Positions 42,920 through 57,648 of a stretch of DNA of 64,000 nucleotides are shown here, piece by piece; position 1 is the first letter of the stretch, and each line of letters opens with the position of its first letter. The notes under the pieces were generated by a model. It was given only the letters and a program-made list of their open reading frames with translations, did not search any database and was not told the origin of the DNA. The stretch spans positions 255,812,001-255,876,000 of the forward strand of contig OZ024742.1 of NCBI GenBank assembly GCA_964016885.1. The letters are read 5' to 3'. Source of the stretch: Eledone cirrhosa. Lineage: Eukaryota. Made by a program: the position numbers and the translations under genes.

Positions 42920-43556
42920 TATCATATGTAAATAGACAATCCAACCACCGTAAGACTATTATTAACTCAATTGTTATGGGCATATCCTATAGAATCTCCA
43001 AGCTATCGGCTAATGAAGATATATTTAACGCTACCTCGTCGAATTACAATCATGCTTTGTTGAGATCCTGGCAGAGCAGTAAAATTGCTTACATCCCTAA
43101 TAGTGATTTTACATACTTCTTTCATAATACTAATATCATTGCACGCTGTAGTAACTTAGCAATAGTAATTTTCCGATAGTTAATAACAGTTTAAGCAACT
43201 ATAATAAACCGATTTATAGCCCCTGAATCTATATCTAAAGATAAAGAAAAAAACTCTATAGAAATAACTATGCCGGCTTGCTTCCTACAAGCAGGAAGGT
43301 TCCCATACATATAAGTACATATAAATAACAATCCAATATATCAAGTCAAACCACCTAAATATCACCTAGAAGTGAGTAACCAATATAAATTCCCCAGTAT
43401 AATAATGATGGTAGTTCTAGAAGAAGGAAAAACACGCGCAGACGAAACATTCCGTGGTTTAACCCACGCCACAACCTTAATGTAGCCTCTAATATACCTA
43501 GAATATTCTTTGATATTCTAGATAGTAATTTTCCACCTGGCCACAAAAGTCATATA
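42920..43556 (+). pseudogene. PLE RT-thumb fragment, left half of a PLE split by a Helitron
   Basis: YVNRQSNHRKTIINSIVMGISYRISKLSANEDIF, RRRNIPWFNP, LDSNFPPGHKSHI. Confidence 0.8.
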
Positions 43557-44002
43557 TCTATCTATATATTACTAAAGGTCTGTGATTGCTTGCTTTTTCT
43601 GTAATGTAATACAGCCAAAAGGGCACATAATGGAAAAATACTTTTAAAGGAAGTTGCCCCTGAAATGGTAATACAAATGGAATAAAACAAATTTCGCGTA
43701 TATCGCACCAGGGTTCCTGAGATATGGGGTTTTTCCGGGTACCTTTCATAAAAAAGAGGGATAAAGATAGAGAGTAAGAGATAGTGGTTGTGACAGAGTA
43801 GATTGAAAGAAAGAGACACATAGAGAGAGACATAGAGGGAGAGCAAGAGAGTGAGAGATAGAGAGGAGGGGAGACAGGATGGAAGAGAGCTGGTGGTGTT
43901 GTTGTGTAATTAATATGTGAGTGTGTGTATATATATATATATATATATATGTGTGTATATGTGTGGGTGTGTCTACGACCAGTGTATATAGATCACAGAC
44001 GC

Positions 44003-44033
<31 letters not shown>

Positions 44034-44041
<8 letters not shown>

Positions 44042-44952
44042 TATTATATTTAGAGTTTTAAACTCAAAACGTCATTTACAATTAATTAGCTCAAAGAAAG
44101 AAGCATTTCTGAGCCGTGAAATACAAGTTAATATAAATTAATATATGATAAACACATAAGTGTTTGTATTGCAAAAGACGAAGTTAGCTAGAATGAAATA
44201 AACTAATTAAAATAAATATAGTTTGTCTGTCTCGATATAAATTAATAAAAACAAACCCATATTGGCAAAAGCCGTGATTCCTGGACAAATTTAAATTTAA
44301 AAATCCAAACCTGCTCCGTAGATGAATTTGAACTTCAAAACCTAAATATGTTTCACAACCATGGTATAAAAAGCGAAATATTCAAATCTTCTGTGCTTAT
44401 CAACAAGAATCCAGAAAAATTAGGACATTTCACCTCCAAAAAAATTTTGTAGGACTGGTTCACAAGTACAAACGCACGGGGTACACAGCTCACTAGCTAT
44501 CTCATACTCACAGTGCTAGAAATAACAGCCGTTTATATGGGATTAAAAATTAGCTCAACAAGCAAGGAGCCGTAATATTATATTATATTTAGAGTTTTAA
44601 ACTCAAAAAGTCATTTACAATTAATTAGCTCAAAGAAAGAAGCCTTTATGAGCCATAATTTTTCTGGATTCCTGTTGATAAGCACAGAAGATTTGAATAT
44701 TTCACTTTTTATACCATCGTTGCGAAACATATTTAGGTTTTGAAGTTCAAATTCATCTACGGAGCAGGTTTGGATTTTGAAATTTAAATTTGTCCAGGAA
44801 TCACGGCTTTTGCCAATATGGGTTTGTTTTTATTGATTTATATCGAGACAGACAAACTATATTTATTTTAATTAGTTTATTTCATTCTAGCTAACTTCGT
44901 CTTTTGCAATACAAACACTTATGTGTTTATCATATATTAATTCATATTAACT

Positions 44953-44957
<5 letters not shown>
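44034..44957. mobile_element. ~539-bp monomer (about 1.15 tandem copies) plus inverted ~300-bp copy, decayed HHR-like core
   Basis: TAGAGTTTTAAACTC at 44051 and 44590; 44656-44957 mirrors ~44121-44421; CTGTTGA...GAAAcatattTA on plus arm. Confidence 0.75.
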
Positions 44958-44997
<40 letters not shown>

Positions 44998-45016
44998 TAT
45001 ATATATATATATATAT

Positions 45017-46663
<1,647 letters not shown>

Positions 46664-46816
46664 TAGATCTATATAGATACATACACACACGTATATATAT
46701 GGGCCTTCCAGTTCGTTTCACATTATATACACGTCTGATTAAATTATAATTATGGGAACATGATTTTAAAAAATATTTTGAAGTGAACATGACCCAACGG
46801 GTCACGTGCGGTTTAG

Positions 46817-47560
46817 TTAAACAATAAAAATACACTTATCTGTTTCTATCGCCTCTAATTTATCCGATTATATGGCATTCAGCAACCAACAGAAACTATC
46901 CAAACATAAAACCTTTACAAACCTCAATGTTTCATAACAACATAATCCACCTAATATCAACTCCTCTAACAGGTAATGTTGCAAATGTAAGCACAGTGAA
47001 CCGATATATGGTGAGCAGTGGGAATACATTAAAGCCTTCAGAAAGCTTTACTCCTTCCTCTAACATACTCTGTAACTGTAGAGCTCCCAGTAATGGATTT
47101 TGACTCAAATAAAATAGTATTTAAATATACGGTAAGAACACCACACTCTACTAGATCCTATATCGGAGAGAGGGTCGGACGCCATGCTTTTCAGCATAGA
47201 GTTACAGGCCCTTGCCATTCTGAGATCAAATCCCCCCGAGGTTAACTTTGCCTTTCATCCTTACGGGGTCGATAAAATAAAGTACCAGTAATGCACTGAG
47301 TAATTTTTGGCATTGTGCCAAAAGTAGAAACAATTATTATTCCCACTTGCATCGTTAACATTAATTACACTGCTTAACAATAAAACAATAAAATTAAGTG
47401 CACTGTTATGTACCGTGCTTGGGCACGGTATATAACTAATGCATTTGAATCTAAAACTATCTATAAACTCCATTGGCAAATGTTCATAGGTTATTATGAA
47501 GGAGTGACACTTTCTTTAACGACTATAGGGCGTCTTGTAGATCATGACTCTTGGAGGCGT
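46817..47560 (+). pseudogene. Right half of the split PLE (GIY-YIG region), interrupted by a SINE at ~47165-47340
   Basis: LNNKN..SNLSDYMAFSNQQKL, CNCRAP..IVFKYTVRTPHSTRSYIG, LCTV..ARYIT. Confidence 0.65.
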
Positions 47561-47725
47561 ATTTAATCACAATGTCGACCATATATCCTTTGAATACTAC
47601 AAACGAACTAATAATGAATTGTTCACATTGCCTCTCTTATCCATTCTTCAATAGTATAAACGAGACCATCTCATGGTTCATCTTGTACCACCTGTCTTAT
47701 TATGTTATTGTTTTATTTTTAATGC

Positions 47726-50700
47726 GATATATGTATGTGTGTGTGAGTCTAAGTGTGTTAGCCTAGTGAGGATAAAGATTTAATTTGAAAGAAATAATGA
47801 AACTGGCCGCTGGGATGTTGGAATGCGGGCTTTCAAATTAGCCATTCTGGTGCACTTCTTTCTCTTCGATTATTGTTCCAATGTTTTAATTGCTTGATTA
47901 AGAGAGCTTCCTTAATTCTCAGCGTGCCTATACTGCATTTCGTAGCTAAGATTGGGCTGGTAATGTTGTCTCGGTTTCCGCATTTGATGATGTGTTTGCG
48001 GAAGGAAGAGAAGCTGGTGTTAATATGCTTTTTAATACGGAGATGTAGCAGTCGAATAGTGCTGCCTATTTAAAATAGATTGCACTATATTCTAGCTTGT
48101 ATACTACGTAGGTACATAGAGAAAATTAGTATTACGGACGGGGAAATTGGCTACTTTGATATTGAGGCCCTCTCTCCTGATGGCTTTGCGTGTGGCGTTG
48201 GTGGTTCAACGCCGAGATGACGGATCTTGAATAAGCAACTGTTGTTTGTGCTGGTCGGGTCCCTGGGTTTGGGGTTTAGTCGTGTTTGAAGAAGGAAGCT
48301 GGGTAGCCGTTAATCTCTAGTACCATGTTGAATCGTCTGATATTTGTGGTTTTATTAGCAGTGTTACTGCGTCAATTGCGTATGCGAGCCATTTCGTTGA
48401 AGATGTACCATCCTTTAGAGCTGTTGGCGAGGGTAGATTTGTAATGCACAAACAGGTCACAGCTGTGGTAGAAATATGTGTGGATTTCACTGCTATAAGA
48501 GATGTTCAGTCTGAAATGAAGTATAGCGAGGGACCCGGAGTTGGTGGGAAGTTCGATGTTGAACTTGATGTCATTGTCAGCATTGTTGAAAGATTCGAAA
48601 ATCTTGTTAACATTCTCCTTGGAGGATGTGAGGATTAGTATGTCATCCACATATCTAGTGAAGAAAGTGCAGGTGCCGCAGGAGCTGAGTACTTGGCGTT
48701 CTAGTCTGTTCATATACGAAATGGCCAGTAAACCCTAGAGGCTCGATCCCATGGGTAGTTCAGAGGTCTGTCGATAGGTTTGTCCCAGGAAGTTGAAAAA
48801 GGCGTTGTTTTCAATAATTGATAGGAGCTGGTGGATGTCGGGTGTGGTGAGGCCGGAAAAATCCAAGGTCGCTGAAACCGACACATTCAGTGGGTATTTC
48901 CACAGCCCGGGGTGCAGGTACAAATGTGTAGAGGGATATCGCATCTAGCCTGAAGGCGTACTTGTTGGATTTGAGGGGGTCAATTTCTAGTTGGTTTAGT
49001 CGCTGGATGATGTCATCCGATCTGTAGACGTGGCCCGGAACTTTGTCAACAGGGGCTTTAAAATCTTGAACAGAAGCCAAGAGATGTTATAAGATGGTCT
49101 TTCAACACTGGTTACAGTGGGTCTAATGTTCAGGTCAGGCCCTTCTTTGTGGGTTTTGATCAGGTGGTAGAAGTTGGGTAGCCTGCTCTTTCTCGTTATG
49201 TAATTGTACCGGTATCTCTTAGGGAGCCTTCGTCAGTCTCAAATGTTGGTCCAGGTGGTGTTGATCCGGTCCTCTATCAGTACGGGTGTAATTCCAGTGA
49301 CTTCCGAGTAGAGACTGTCGTCGTTGAATGTTGGTGGGCTAGGTTGTTGTAGCCCTCTGATGGGAGGTATACAAGGTTCTTAGATCTGAGTTTGCTTAGG
49401 GTAGCGAGTTGTTATCTCGAGAGGTTGTGGTCAGTATGTGTGTGTTTGTGTAGGATGTTAGTAAAAGCAAGTTTTAACCGTGAGAGTTTAGTCTCGAGAC
49501 CACGATTGACGGGGGAGGGTGTCGCAAGTTGTCGGGTAAGTGGGGAATTTTGAGTTCATTGTGGAAGTCTCTGAAGTGTCGATGAAAGACAACCACTAGA
49601 TGGCTCTGTAGGAATTGGCCTTAATGTCGAGTTTGAACTTGTCATCGAGTTGCTGCGTCAGGATGAACTTGGGTCCGAGACGGAGAAGTTGCATTTCATC
49701 GTTGGAAAGAGACCCGGTTAGCTCCATGACGAGGTGTAGGTTGTCATCGGTCTGCAGGTTAACGGTGGAGGTGTACATAGAGTCGGTCGAGTTAATGTTG
49801 TCATGTTTGTGGCGTTCAAAATGTTGAAGCCCAGCTCCATTAGTGTTAGAGGTGGTCTGGTAGGGAGGAGTGTTGTCATCAGGTTTAGCGCTATTCATAG
49901 CTTTTGTTTGTTTTTAAGGATTCAGTCAAATTTATGTTTGAGAGGTTCTTTCTCAAATTGGACTCGGGCATGATAACTATCGGGTGATATTCTAAGTAAA
50001 AGCATCTGAGATTGTCCATGTGTGTAAGTGCATCTGTTGTGTCGAATTGATCTGAATTTCTTTATGCAGGTGTAGTATATATATTTAATGAATCCTGAAG
50101 AATTGAGGCCTCGGGGGATACGGATATTTCTGATGGTATTGGGGATTACATCGTTCCTCAGACAGCGTTTAAGAAAATGAATATGGCAGCCAATCCTTGC
50201 TTGTTTCTTCGATAATCTAAAAGGTCCATGTACGGTTGCAAGCTGGTCCCGACTCAGTTGTAAAGATTACAGAGTGTTGTAGCTTGCTTGAAGCATTGTT
50301 GAATAGGAAACACAAACTTAAATAATTTGAAAACCAAACCATGCATCAGAAAGAAAATTAAATCGCTAAGATATCAAAAGAATCTTACATTTGCAAATAT
50401 AATGATTCCAAATATTTTCATGTTTAAAAACCCATTATCAAGGGAGTATCCCTCAGAGATTTAAAAGAACGATCGGGCTTAACTTGCTTGTTGGAGAGCA
50501 GATTTAAGTTAAATGAAATTAAAAGACGTTAAAATCTTGAATATACTCGTTGTGAAATTTACGATATATGCATCTATGTGCGTGAATGTAAGTGTGCTTA
50601 GTGGGATGTTTGTATGTGTGTGTATGGATGTAAGTGTGTGTAGTGAAATGTGTGTGCGAATATGTATATAGTGAAACAGGAAAAATATGTGTTCGATATA

Positions 50701-50871
50701 TGTATGTGTGTGAGTCTAAGGGCGTTTGCCTAGTGAGGAGATAGATTTAATTTGAAAGAAAGAATTAAACTGGCCGCTGGGGTGTTGGAATGCGGCCTTT
50801 TAAATTAGCCATTCTGGTGCACTTCTTTCCATTCGATTATTGATCCAAGGTTTTAATTGCTTGATAAGAGC
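47726..50871 (-). mobile_element. Near-full-length decayed Penelope-like element with upstream tandem partial copy (pseudo-LTR)
   Basis: NFYHLIKTHK..IRPTV, DAISLYT, TYRQTSELPMGSSL, FTRYVDDILI, VVYKL..IGSTIR..LRIKKH; direct repeat ~47726-47907 / 50695-50871; decayed HHR at ~50405-50447. Confidence 0.9.
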
Positions 50872-51211
50872 AAATAATAGATAAAAAATATACCTATCTT
50901 CCTCCAAGTCCCGACTGCTGTTTCGCCTAATTCGTTTGCAGCAATTTATACACTATAGAAGTGCACCATCGATATGAGATTGATAAGGCTTATCAAGAGA
51001 CCCCTCAAAAAGCACTGATTCTTGTCGCGTTAAGAACAAGAAGTGTAAGTCAACAGGTTAAATTAATTTCGTTTATTCATATTCACTATTATATATGTGT
51101 GACTATTAATGTGTGTGTATATACATGGATATGTGTGTATGCTTCTGTGCGTACATGTGTGAACGTAAGCACACAAGCTACTCTGTATGTATCTGTCCGT
51201 ATCTCTGTGCA

Positions 51212-51243
<32 letters not shown>

Positions 51244-51680
51244 TGGGTGTGTGAGCTGGCAAATACAGCAGTAATTTTGCAGACGGGACAGTGGGTGAGT
51301 GACAGCTCACGCCCTGATGGTCAGTGGGCTGCTACCAGTGGTCAGACTTATGATAACGTCACTAACCAGAGACCAACCCAAGGACGCGCAGTGATGATGA
51401 AGTTGGACGGTATAGACCCGTAGGGTCAGAAACCCCAGAAAGAGGATATGCTCCGAAATCAATAGAAGTGTCCGAGAAACCTGTGAATCCAGAATCAGGT
51501 TGATCCACACACAGATCGCACCTCGAGCTGCTCACCGGGGAAATAATTGTAACGCACAATACATTGAGTTCCAATGCATCACTGATTTTCCGTCTTCCAT
51601 TCTATCATACTCTGCTCCGTAGGAACATAGAGTGCTCAACTGGAATACCGCCCATAAAGCATCTTAGCTACCATTAGACC

Positions 51681-51739
<59 letters not shown>

Positions 51740-51744
<5 letters not shown>

Positions 51745-52050
51745 ATATTAATAAATGGAAACTATATTTATAAAACCATATTTATTTTATTATACATATT
51801 TCAAGAGCAACCAAGGCAAATTATGGTGCGCTTTCATCATATAAAATACAGATTAGTTTTATAAATAAATATTGACATACCCGGATGTTGACATACTCGG
51901 ATATTGACGGGTATGTCAATATTTATTTATAAAACAAATCTGTATTTTATCTGATGAAAGCGCACCATAATTTGCCTTGGTTGCCCTTGAAATGTGTATA
52001 ATAAAATAAATATGGTTTATAAATATAGTTTCCATTTATTAATATATTGT
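51740..52050. mobile_element. Fold-back insertion (~143-bp arms) with a hammerhead in each arm
   Basis: Arms 51740-51883 / 51908-52050; plus arm: tattttat CTGATGA aagcgcacc..ggttgccctt GAAA tgtgta TA ataaaata (51943-52008); minus arm core reads ATGATGA. Confidence 0.88.
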
Positions 52051-53237
52051 GTATTTATTCCACTAACTTGTTGAGTGCTTTATATCAGTTGTAAAAATGT
52101 TTAAGATTGTTGAATCCCAACAAATTAAATATAACCTCTGCATATATATATATGTGTGTGTGTTCATATTAATCTGGCTATCGGAACACGTATGCGGCTC
52201 TCTTATATGTAACACCATGAGTAGATTCGAAATCCTTGGATATCTCTGTAAGAGAGGATTCTATATACAGGCACAATTTACTAGGGGATACTGGTCCACT
52301 ATTATTAATGTATTTTTTAGATAAAGAATGCTTGTTTGTATATTTACTCTGTGTGTAATTCGTCCATTTCCTACTATCACCCTTTAGGAAGTTTACCCAT
52401 TCTTCTAACCTGTATGATGCATAATCCCATTGAACAGATTCTGAAAAAAATAGGCATGTGTAAATTATCAGCTACATTGTGCATTATCATGAATGAAAGT
52501 GTAAGCTCATGTGCCTTAATTTATTGCTAAGTACTACTCTATATGGGTATAGATATATAGATGATTGAATTTCTGTGCGCGGACAATAGCCCCTTTGTAT
52601 ACATGAAAATGTGTATATATGCATTTGGGAAGAGGTACCTTTTTCTGGGGACTTATATTCCCACAATTAACCCTAATATGGTTAACATCACAGTAAACAT
52701 CTTGTAACATCTAAGTGGGTCTATCTGTTGTGGTATATATTTTCATGTGTGCAAACATACAATTCTTAATCTATAGAGGTATGGGTGAATACATACCTGA
52801 AGATTTGTTTGTGTGACCAACTATGGGGGCATATAAGTATATATGTAGGTGGGTGCAAATCTCGCTGTATACGGACGTATAAATATATATCGGTATGTAT
52901 CTGTGAAATTATATGTACTTGTTAGTATATAAGTATATATGCATGTTACGCTATATTTGTGTGACTATACATAAGTGTATGCAGGGACGCCAACGTGGCT
53001 TTATGAGTATAAGATTTCACAGTTCTTGCATCAATCATTCATAGTCAGCCTATGAACATTTCAGCCCATCCTCGTATATAGAGGGGTGGGCGTATATTTG
53101 TGCAATTGTGTTAAAATACTTTTACATAAACTCACCCCTATATGACATATTTTCCAAGTTGCCAAGCACAGGCTGATACATTGTTGGATTGATGATATTA
53201 ATATTATTCTTGTCAGATTTTCTACAATGAATCTCCC

Positions 53238-53437
53238 NNNNNNNNNNNNNNNNNNNNNNNNNNNNNNNNNNNNNNNNNNNNNNNNNNNNNNNNNNNNNNN
53301 NNNNNNNNNNNNNNNNNNNNNNNNNNNNNNNNNNNNNNNNNNNNNNNNNNNNNNNNNNNNNNNNNNNNNNNNNNNNNNNNNNNNNNNNNNNNNNNNNNNN
53401 NNNNNNNNNNNNNNNNNNNNNNNNNNNNNNNNNNNNN
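53238..53437. other. Assembly gap (200 N)
   Basis: Run of N. Confidence 1.
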
Positions 53438-53787
53438 TCATCATCTCCAATACATTATCACCATCATCATAAGTAGCGTTAATTCCCTAGCAGTTTCTTT
53501 AGCATTCTTAATAATTTATTTTCTATTAATTGTTATTCCATCACTCATTATTGGATAAACTTTTCATCATCTACTTATTGTTATGTATATATATATTAAT
53601 ATATGTTTGTATGTATGATACATACTTTCAAACATACGTATGTACGCATGTACGTATATATATATCGGTTATTTTTCATTTTGTAAAAAAAACCTCACTT
53701 TCTAATATATATATATATATATATATATGAATATGCAAGCACATAGGAAAACATGTATGTATATATCGGTCTACGTATGTGCACACA

Positions 53788-53868
<81 letters not shown>

Positions 53869-53869
<1 letters not shown>

Positions 53870-54112
53870 AGTTATTCCGGGTTGAATCGGAGGTAACCAT
53901 AGTAAGTAAGGTACTCAATACATAATAGATTATAAAAAGTTTTAGTGTAGAAGAGCTTCTACAGGACTAGAACTGTTTCATTCGTGAGATAGGAAAATGT
54001 TTAACCCCGACGGCAGAGCTCAAGCCGTTTCGACGGCTATTTCCGTCGAAGTGTTGAGTACTCTGGTCCGTTATGGTCTATCTGATTGCTTCCTTACCAC
54101 ACATCTTTCGTT
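53869..54112. mobile_element. Chimeric inverted PLE-like 3'-end fragments (24880 family) in (TA)n
   Basis: ACCCCGACGGCAGAGCTCAAGCCGTTTCGACGGCTATTT, then a sense 3' end TTCCTTACCACATCTTTCGTT. Confidence 0.7.
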
Positions 54113-54174
54113 ATATATATATATATATATGTAAATATGATAATAATGGAGTTGCGGCGCTGCAAATGGGTTAC

Positions 54175-54521
54175 ATATGAAAAAGTTTGTCCTCATCAGT
54201 GGCCATCCAACCGTCGTAGGCATTTCGTCGCATTAAAGGCCATATACCTCAGGGTTGGTGCGAGCAACGGTTAAAAAAAAAGTCGTTGGGACACGTAAAT
54301 AAAGTGGACGCTAGGGTAAACAAACAAAATGGTTTAAGCAAACAAAATGGTTTCTGCTGCTTAAACCATTTTGTTTGTTTACCCTAGCGTCCGCTTTATT
54401 TACGTGTCCCAACGACTCTTTTTTAGCCGTTGCTCGCACCAACCTTAGGTATATGGCCTTTAATGCGACGAAATGCCTACGACGGTTGGATGGCCACTGA
54501 TGAGGACAAACTTTTTCATAT
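54175..54521. repeat. Fold-back insertion (~165-bp arms) in (TA)n, related to the 60.4-61.4 kb element
   Basis: Arms 54175-54340 / 54358-54521; shares TTGCTCGCACCAACC...GAAAT..CACTGA(T/A)GA..GGAC with 60905-60985. Confidence 0.88.
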
Positions 54522-54948
54522 ATATATATATATATATAAATACATTGTCGGAGAAAGCTTTTAGCGATACTCCGGCGAAAATAGAGAAATTAATGTGAGC
54601 AAGAAGCCAACAGTAATTCATAATATATAAGTGACTATAACGTCAAGATGGAAAATATTTAACGTAAGATATGGGAAAATAATTCAATCTCTCTCTCTTT
54701 ATATATATATATGTGTGTGTGTGTGTCTGTGTGTCTGTGTGTGTGTATCACTTCGTCATTTAACTTTCAGACGTGTCTGATAAATCTATGAGTACATAAA
54801 GGATTGTTTCATCTACAACAACTTTGCATTTTTCTTATACTCTCTCTTTCTTTCTCTCTCTCCCCTTCACACTCACACTTTCTCTGTCTCTCCATATATA
54901 TATATAAATAAATATACACTGGTGTGTATGATTGTGTATAGAAGATTA

Positions 54949-55308
54949 TATTAATAAAGGGAATTCCAATTTTGTCTGATTTACTCGTTTTATTTACAAT
55001 CCTTTAAAATCTATAATGATATTAGAATGGAATAGTATGGTAGAATATTAAATGTTAACTGTTAATTGAACAAGTACTTTCATGCTTTCGCAATCTTCAG
55101 GTTCATATTCTGTGGTGACAAATTGAAAACTTGACTGTCACCACAGTATATGAACCTGAAGATTGTGAAAGCATGAAAGTACTTGTTCAATTAACACTTA
55201 ACATTTAATATTCTACCATACTATTTCATTCTAATACCACTATACATTTTAAAGGATTGTAAATAAAACGAGGTAAATGACACAAAGTTGGAATTCCTTT
55301 TATTAATA
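54949..55308. mobile_element. Fold-back insertion (~172-bp arms) with a minimal hammerhead in each arm
   Basis: Arms 54949-55120 / 55136-55308; HHRs at 55067-55105(-) and 55151-55189(+). Confidence 0.9.
55067..55105 (-). ncRNA. 39-nt minimal type I hammerhead
   Basis: tgaac CTGAAGA t-tgc-gaaa-gca-t GAAA gtac TT gttca. Confidence 0.85.
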
Positions 55309-55354
55309 CACACACACAAACACACACACACACACACATATATATATCTATATA

Positions 55355-55450
<96 letters not shown>

Positions 55451-55458
55451 TATATATG

Positions 55459-55518
<60 letters not shown>

Positions 55519-55716
55519 ATATATATATATGTATATATATATGTATATATATATATATGTATATGTATATATATATGTATATATATACATATATATATAT
55601 GTATATATATATATGTATATGTATATATATATGTATATATATATACATATATATATATATGTATATGTATATATATATGTATATATATATATATATATAT
55701 ATAAATATATATATAT

Positions 55717-56910
55717 TGAAAGGATAACAAGGACGATTGGTTACTCCTTCAATACATTTATTGGTAGGTGACGCGCATTTCGCCACTGATCAGCTCAAGG
55801 TTAAGAGAGAGTCTTTTATGAAGAAACTTAAATTGTATTAAAGAGATCATCTATAAGTTATCCTAGTGGGATGTAGAGTAAAGGATATGTCCGTGTTTAG
55901 CAGTCAGACAGCATCTGGCGACTGTAGACCCAGCTAGCGTATCCAAATCACATGTCAGCCATTCCGAGTGAGATCGCCTAGCGAAAGATGTGGAAATCAA
56001 TTATTCTAAGCACTATAATACAATTTAAGTTTCTTCATAAAATACTCTCTCTTTAACTAAAAAGACTCTCTCTTTAACTAAACCTCGCAACACAAAACTT
56101 TAAAAAAGTTTTAAAACAGTTTAATTTTCAATTTTCTAACTGTTTAATTCTCAATGTTCTAACTCTTTAATTTTATAATGTTAATCTTTAAATTTTTAAC
56201 TTCATCCTATAAATCTAAACAATAATTTAACCTTCCAATTTTCTGTCGATCTGTTTCTTTGGTTTTCCTGACTGCGGGACGGGCCTCCTGGCCCATAGGC
56301 CTACCTTGAGTGCTTGGAAAAGTAATTTTCCCCTTCTTTCGGTAAATGAAACTACTCGGAGCGAGCGATTCCCCCAGGGGCCCGGCGCGCAGCCGGTTTT
56401 TTGACCGCCATATAGTACCTTTAAATTGTAGACCTAATCATAACTATTAGATGTATCACGCCACCCTCTACTTAAACAAATCCCCCTCCTGGGTAAATTA
56501 ATAGTACTCTTTTGGTACAAGGATGGCCTAACTATGAGGGCTGACTTCCCACTGGTGCACCTGAAGCCTGTTATATATTCCTAGAGTGCTTGGAAAAATT
56601 GATTTCCATATCTTTCGCTAGGCGATCTCACTCGGAAGGGCTGACACGTGGTTAGGATGGGCCGACGGAGCCTGCAGTCGCCGCATGCTGTTTGACTGCT
56701 AAACAAAGACATAATCTTTACTCTATAATACAATTTAAGTTTCTTCATAAAATACTCTTTCTTTACTTAAACCTCGCAACCAAAACCTTAAACATTTTGA
56801 ATGGTTTAAATTTCAATTTTCTAATTTCTTTAATTTTATAATGTTAATATTGAATATTACATTTTTGTAACTTCATCCTATAAATCTAAACACAAATTTA
56901 ACATTCCAAT
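55717..56910. mobile_element. Complex rearranged element with inverted and direct segments and a truncated HHR
   Basis: ~55875-56013 mirrors ~56585-56725; ~56014-56235 repeats at ~56725-56910; minus strand TGA gct..ggc GAAA tgcgcg TC acc at ~55767-55797. Confidence 0.6.
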
Positions 56911-57384
56911 CTTCTGCTCACACATTATAACATGCAGACCCCCACCTCTGTTATAATATATACCTCTGTTAAGATACGGGTCCTTTAGAATACATTTTTT
57001 TCGCGCCATTTCCTGGCCTAAATGCTTGACATTAGTCCGGACTTTTCTTCCTCTTTCTTTCTCTCTTTCTTCTTGTAGCTCGACAGTAACGCTGACTTTT
57101 CTTCTTCTTCCTTTTCTTCCCCCTTCTTTCTGTCTTTTTTCGTGTAGCATGATAATAACGCTCACTTATCTTCCTCTCCCTTTCTGTTTTTCTTCTATTT
57201 GACCGGGAGGGTAGTAGCACATTATAAACCTTACCCCCCTCCCCAGATAGCCTCAAGTAGACCGAATCGCCAACACTTGAGGGCGACTGGCTAAAGTGGA
57301 AAATGCTAGATGGTCGGTCGTCCTCCGGTCTTTGATTTTCAGCCCCATGGATTTTATCTATTACATTCATTTATTATATTTCGA

Positions 57385-57442
57385 ATACCTGATGATATTA
57401 CCGGATTCATACGGAACCCGGTCATTGAAATTATCATAGTAT
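57385..57442 (+). ncRNA. Type I hammerhead in a probable PLE 3' UTR ending at (TA)n ~57636
   Basis: atac CTGATGA tattaccgg..ccggtcatt GAAA ttatca TA gtat. Confidence 0.75.
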
Positions 57443-57648
57443 AATAAACCTTTCAAGGATTTACACAAGTGCAGCCTCCTGTCATTTTATTATTATATTT
57501 AACTCCGTACCACCAACTACAAAAACGAAGACGGTTGAACTGCTTTACGTTGAGTACTCTCCATATTATTACATTAAGATTGACCACACGGAATTGACCA
57601 GCTCTATCCAGTGGTGAACGTTCAAACCTGATAAGTATATATATATAT

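Noticed and set aside
51250-51600. GC-richer block, possible exon
   Set aside because: No recognisable protein motif or convincing splice pattern
52789-52900. atacatac CTGAAGA ... TAAA tatata TC ggtatgtat
   Set aside because: Stem I is good but low-complexity, GAAA is mutated and there is no stem II; not counted as an HHR
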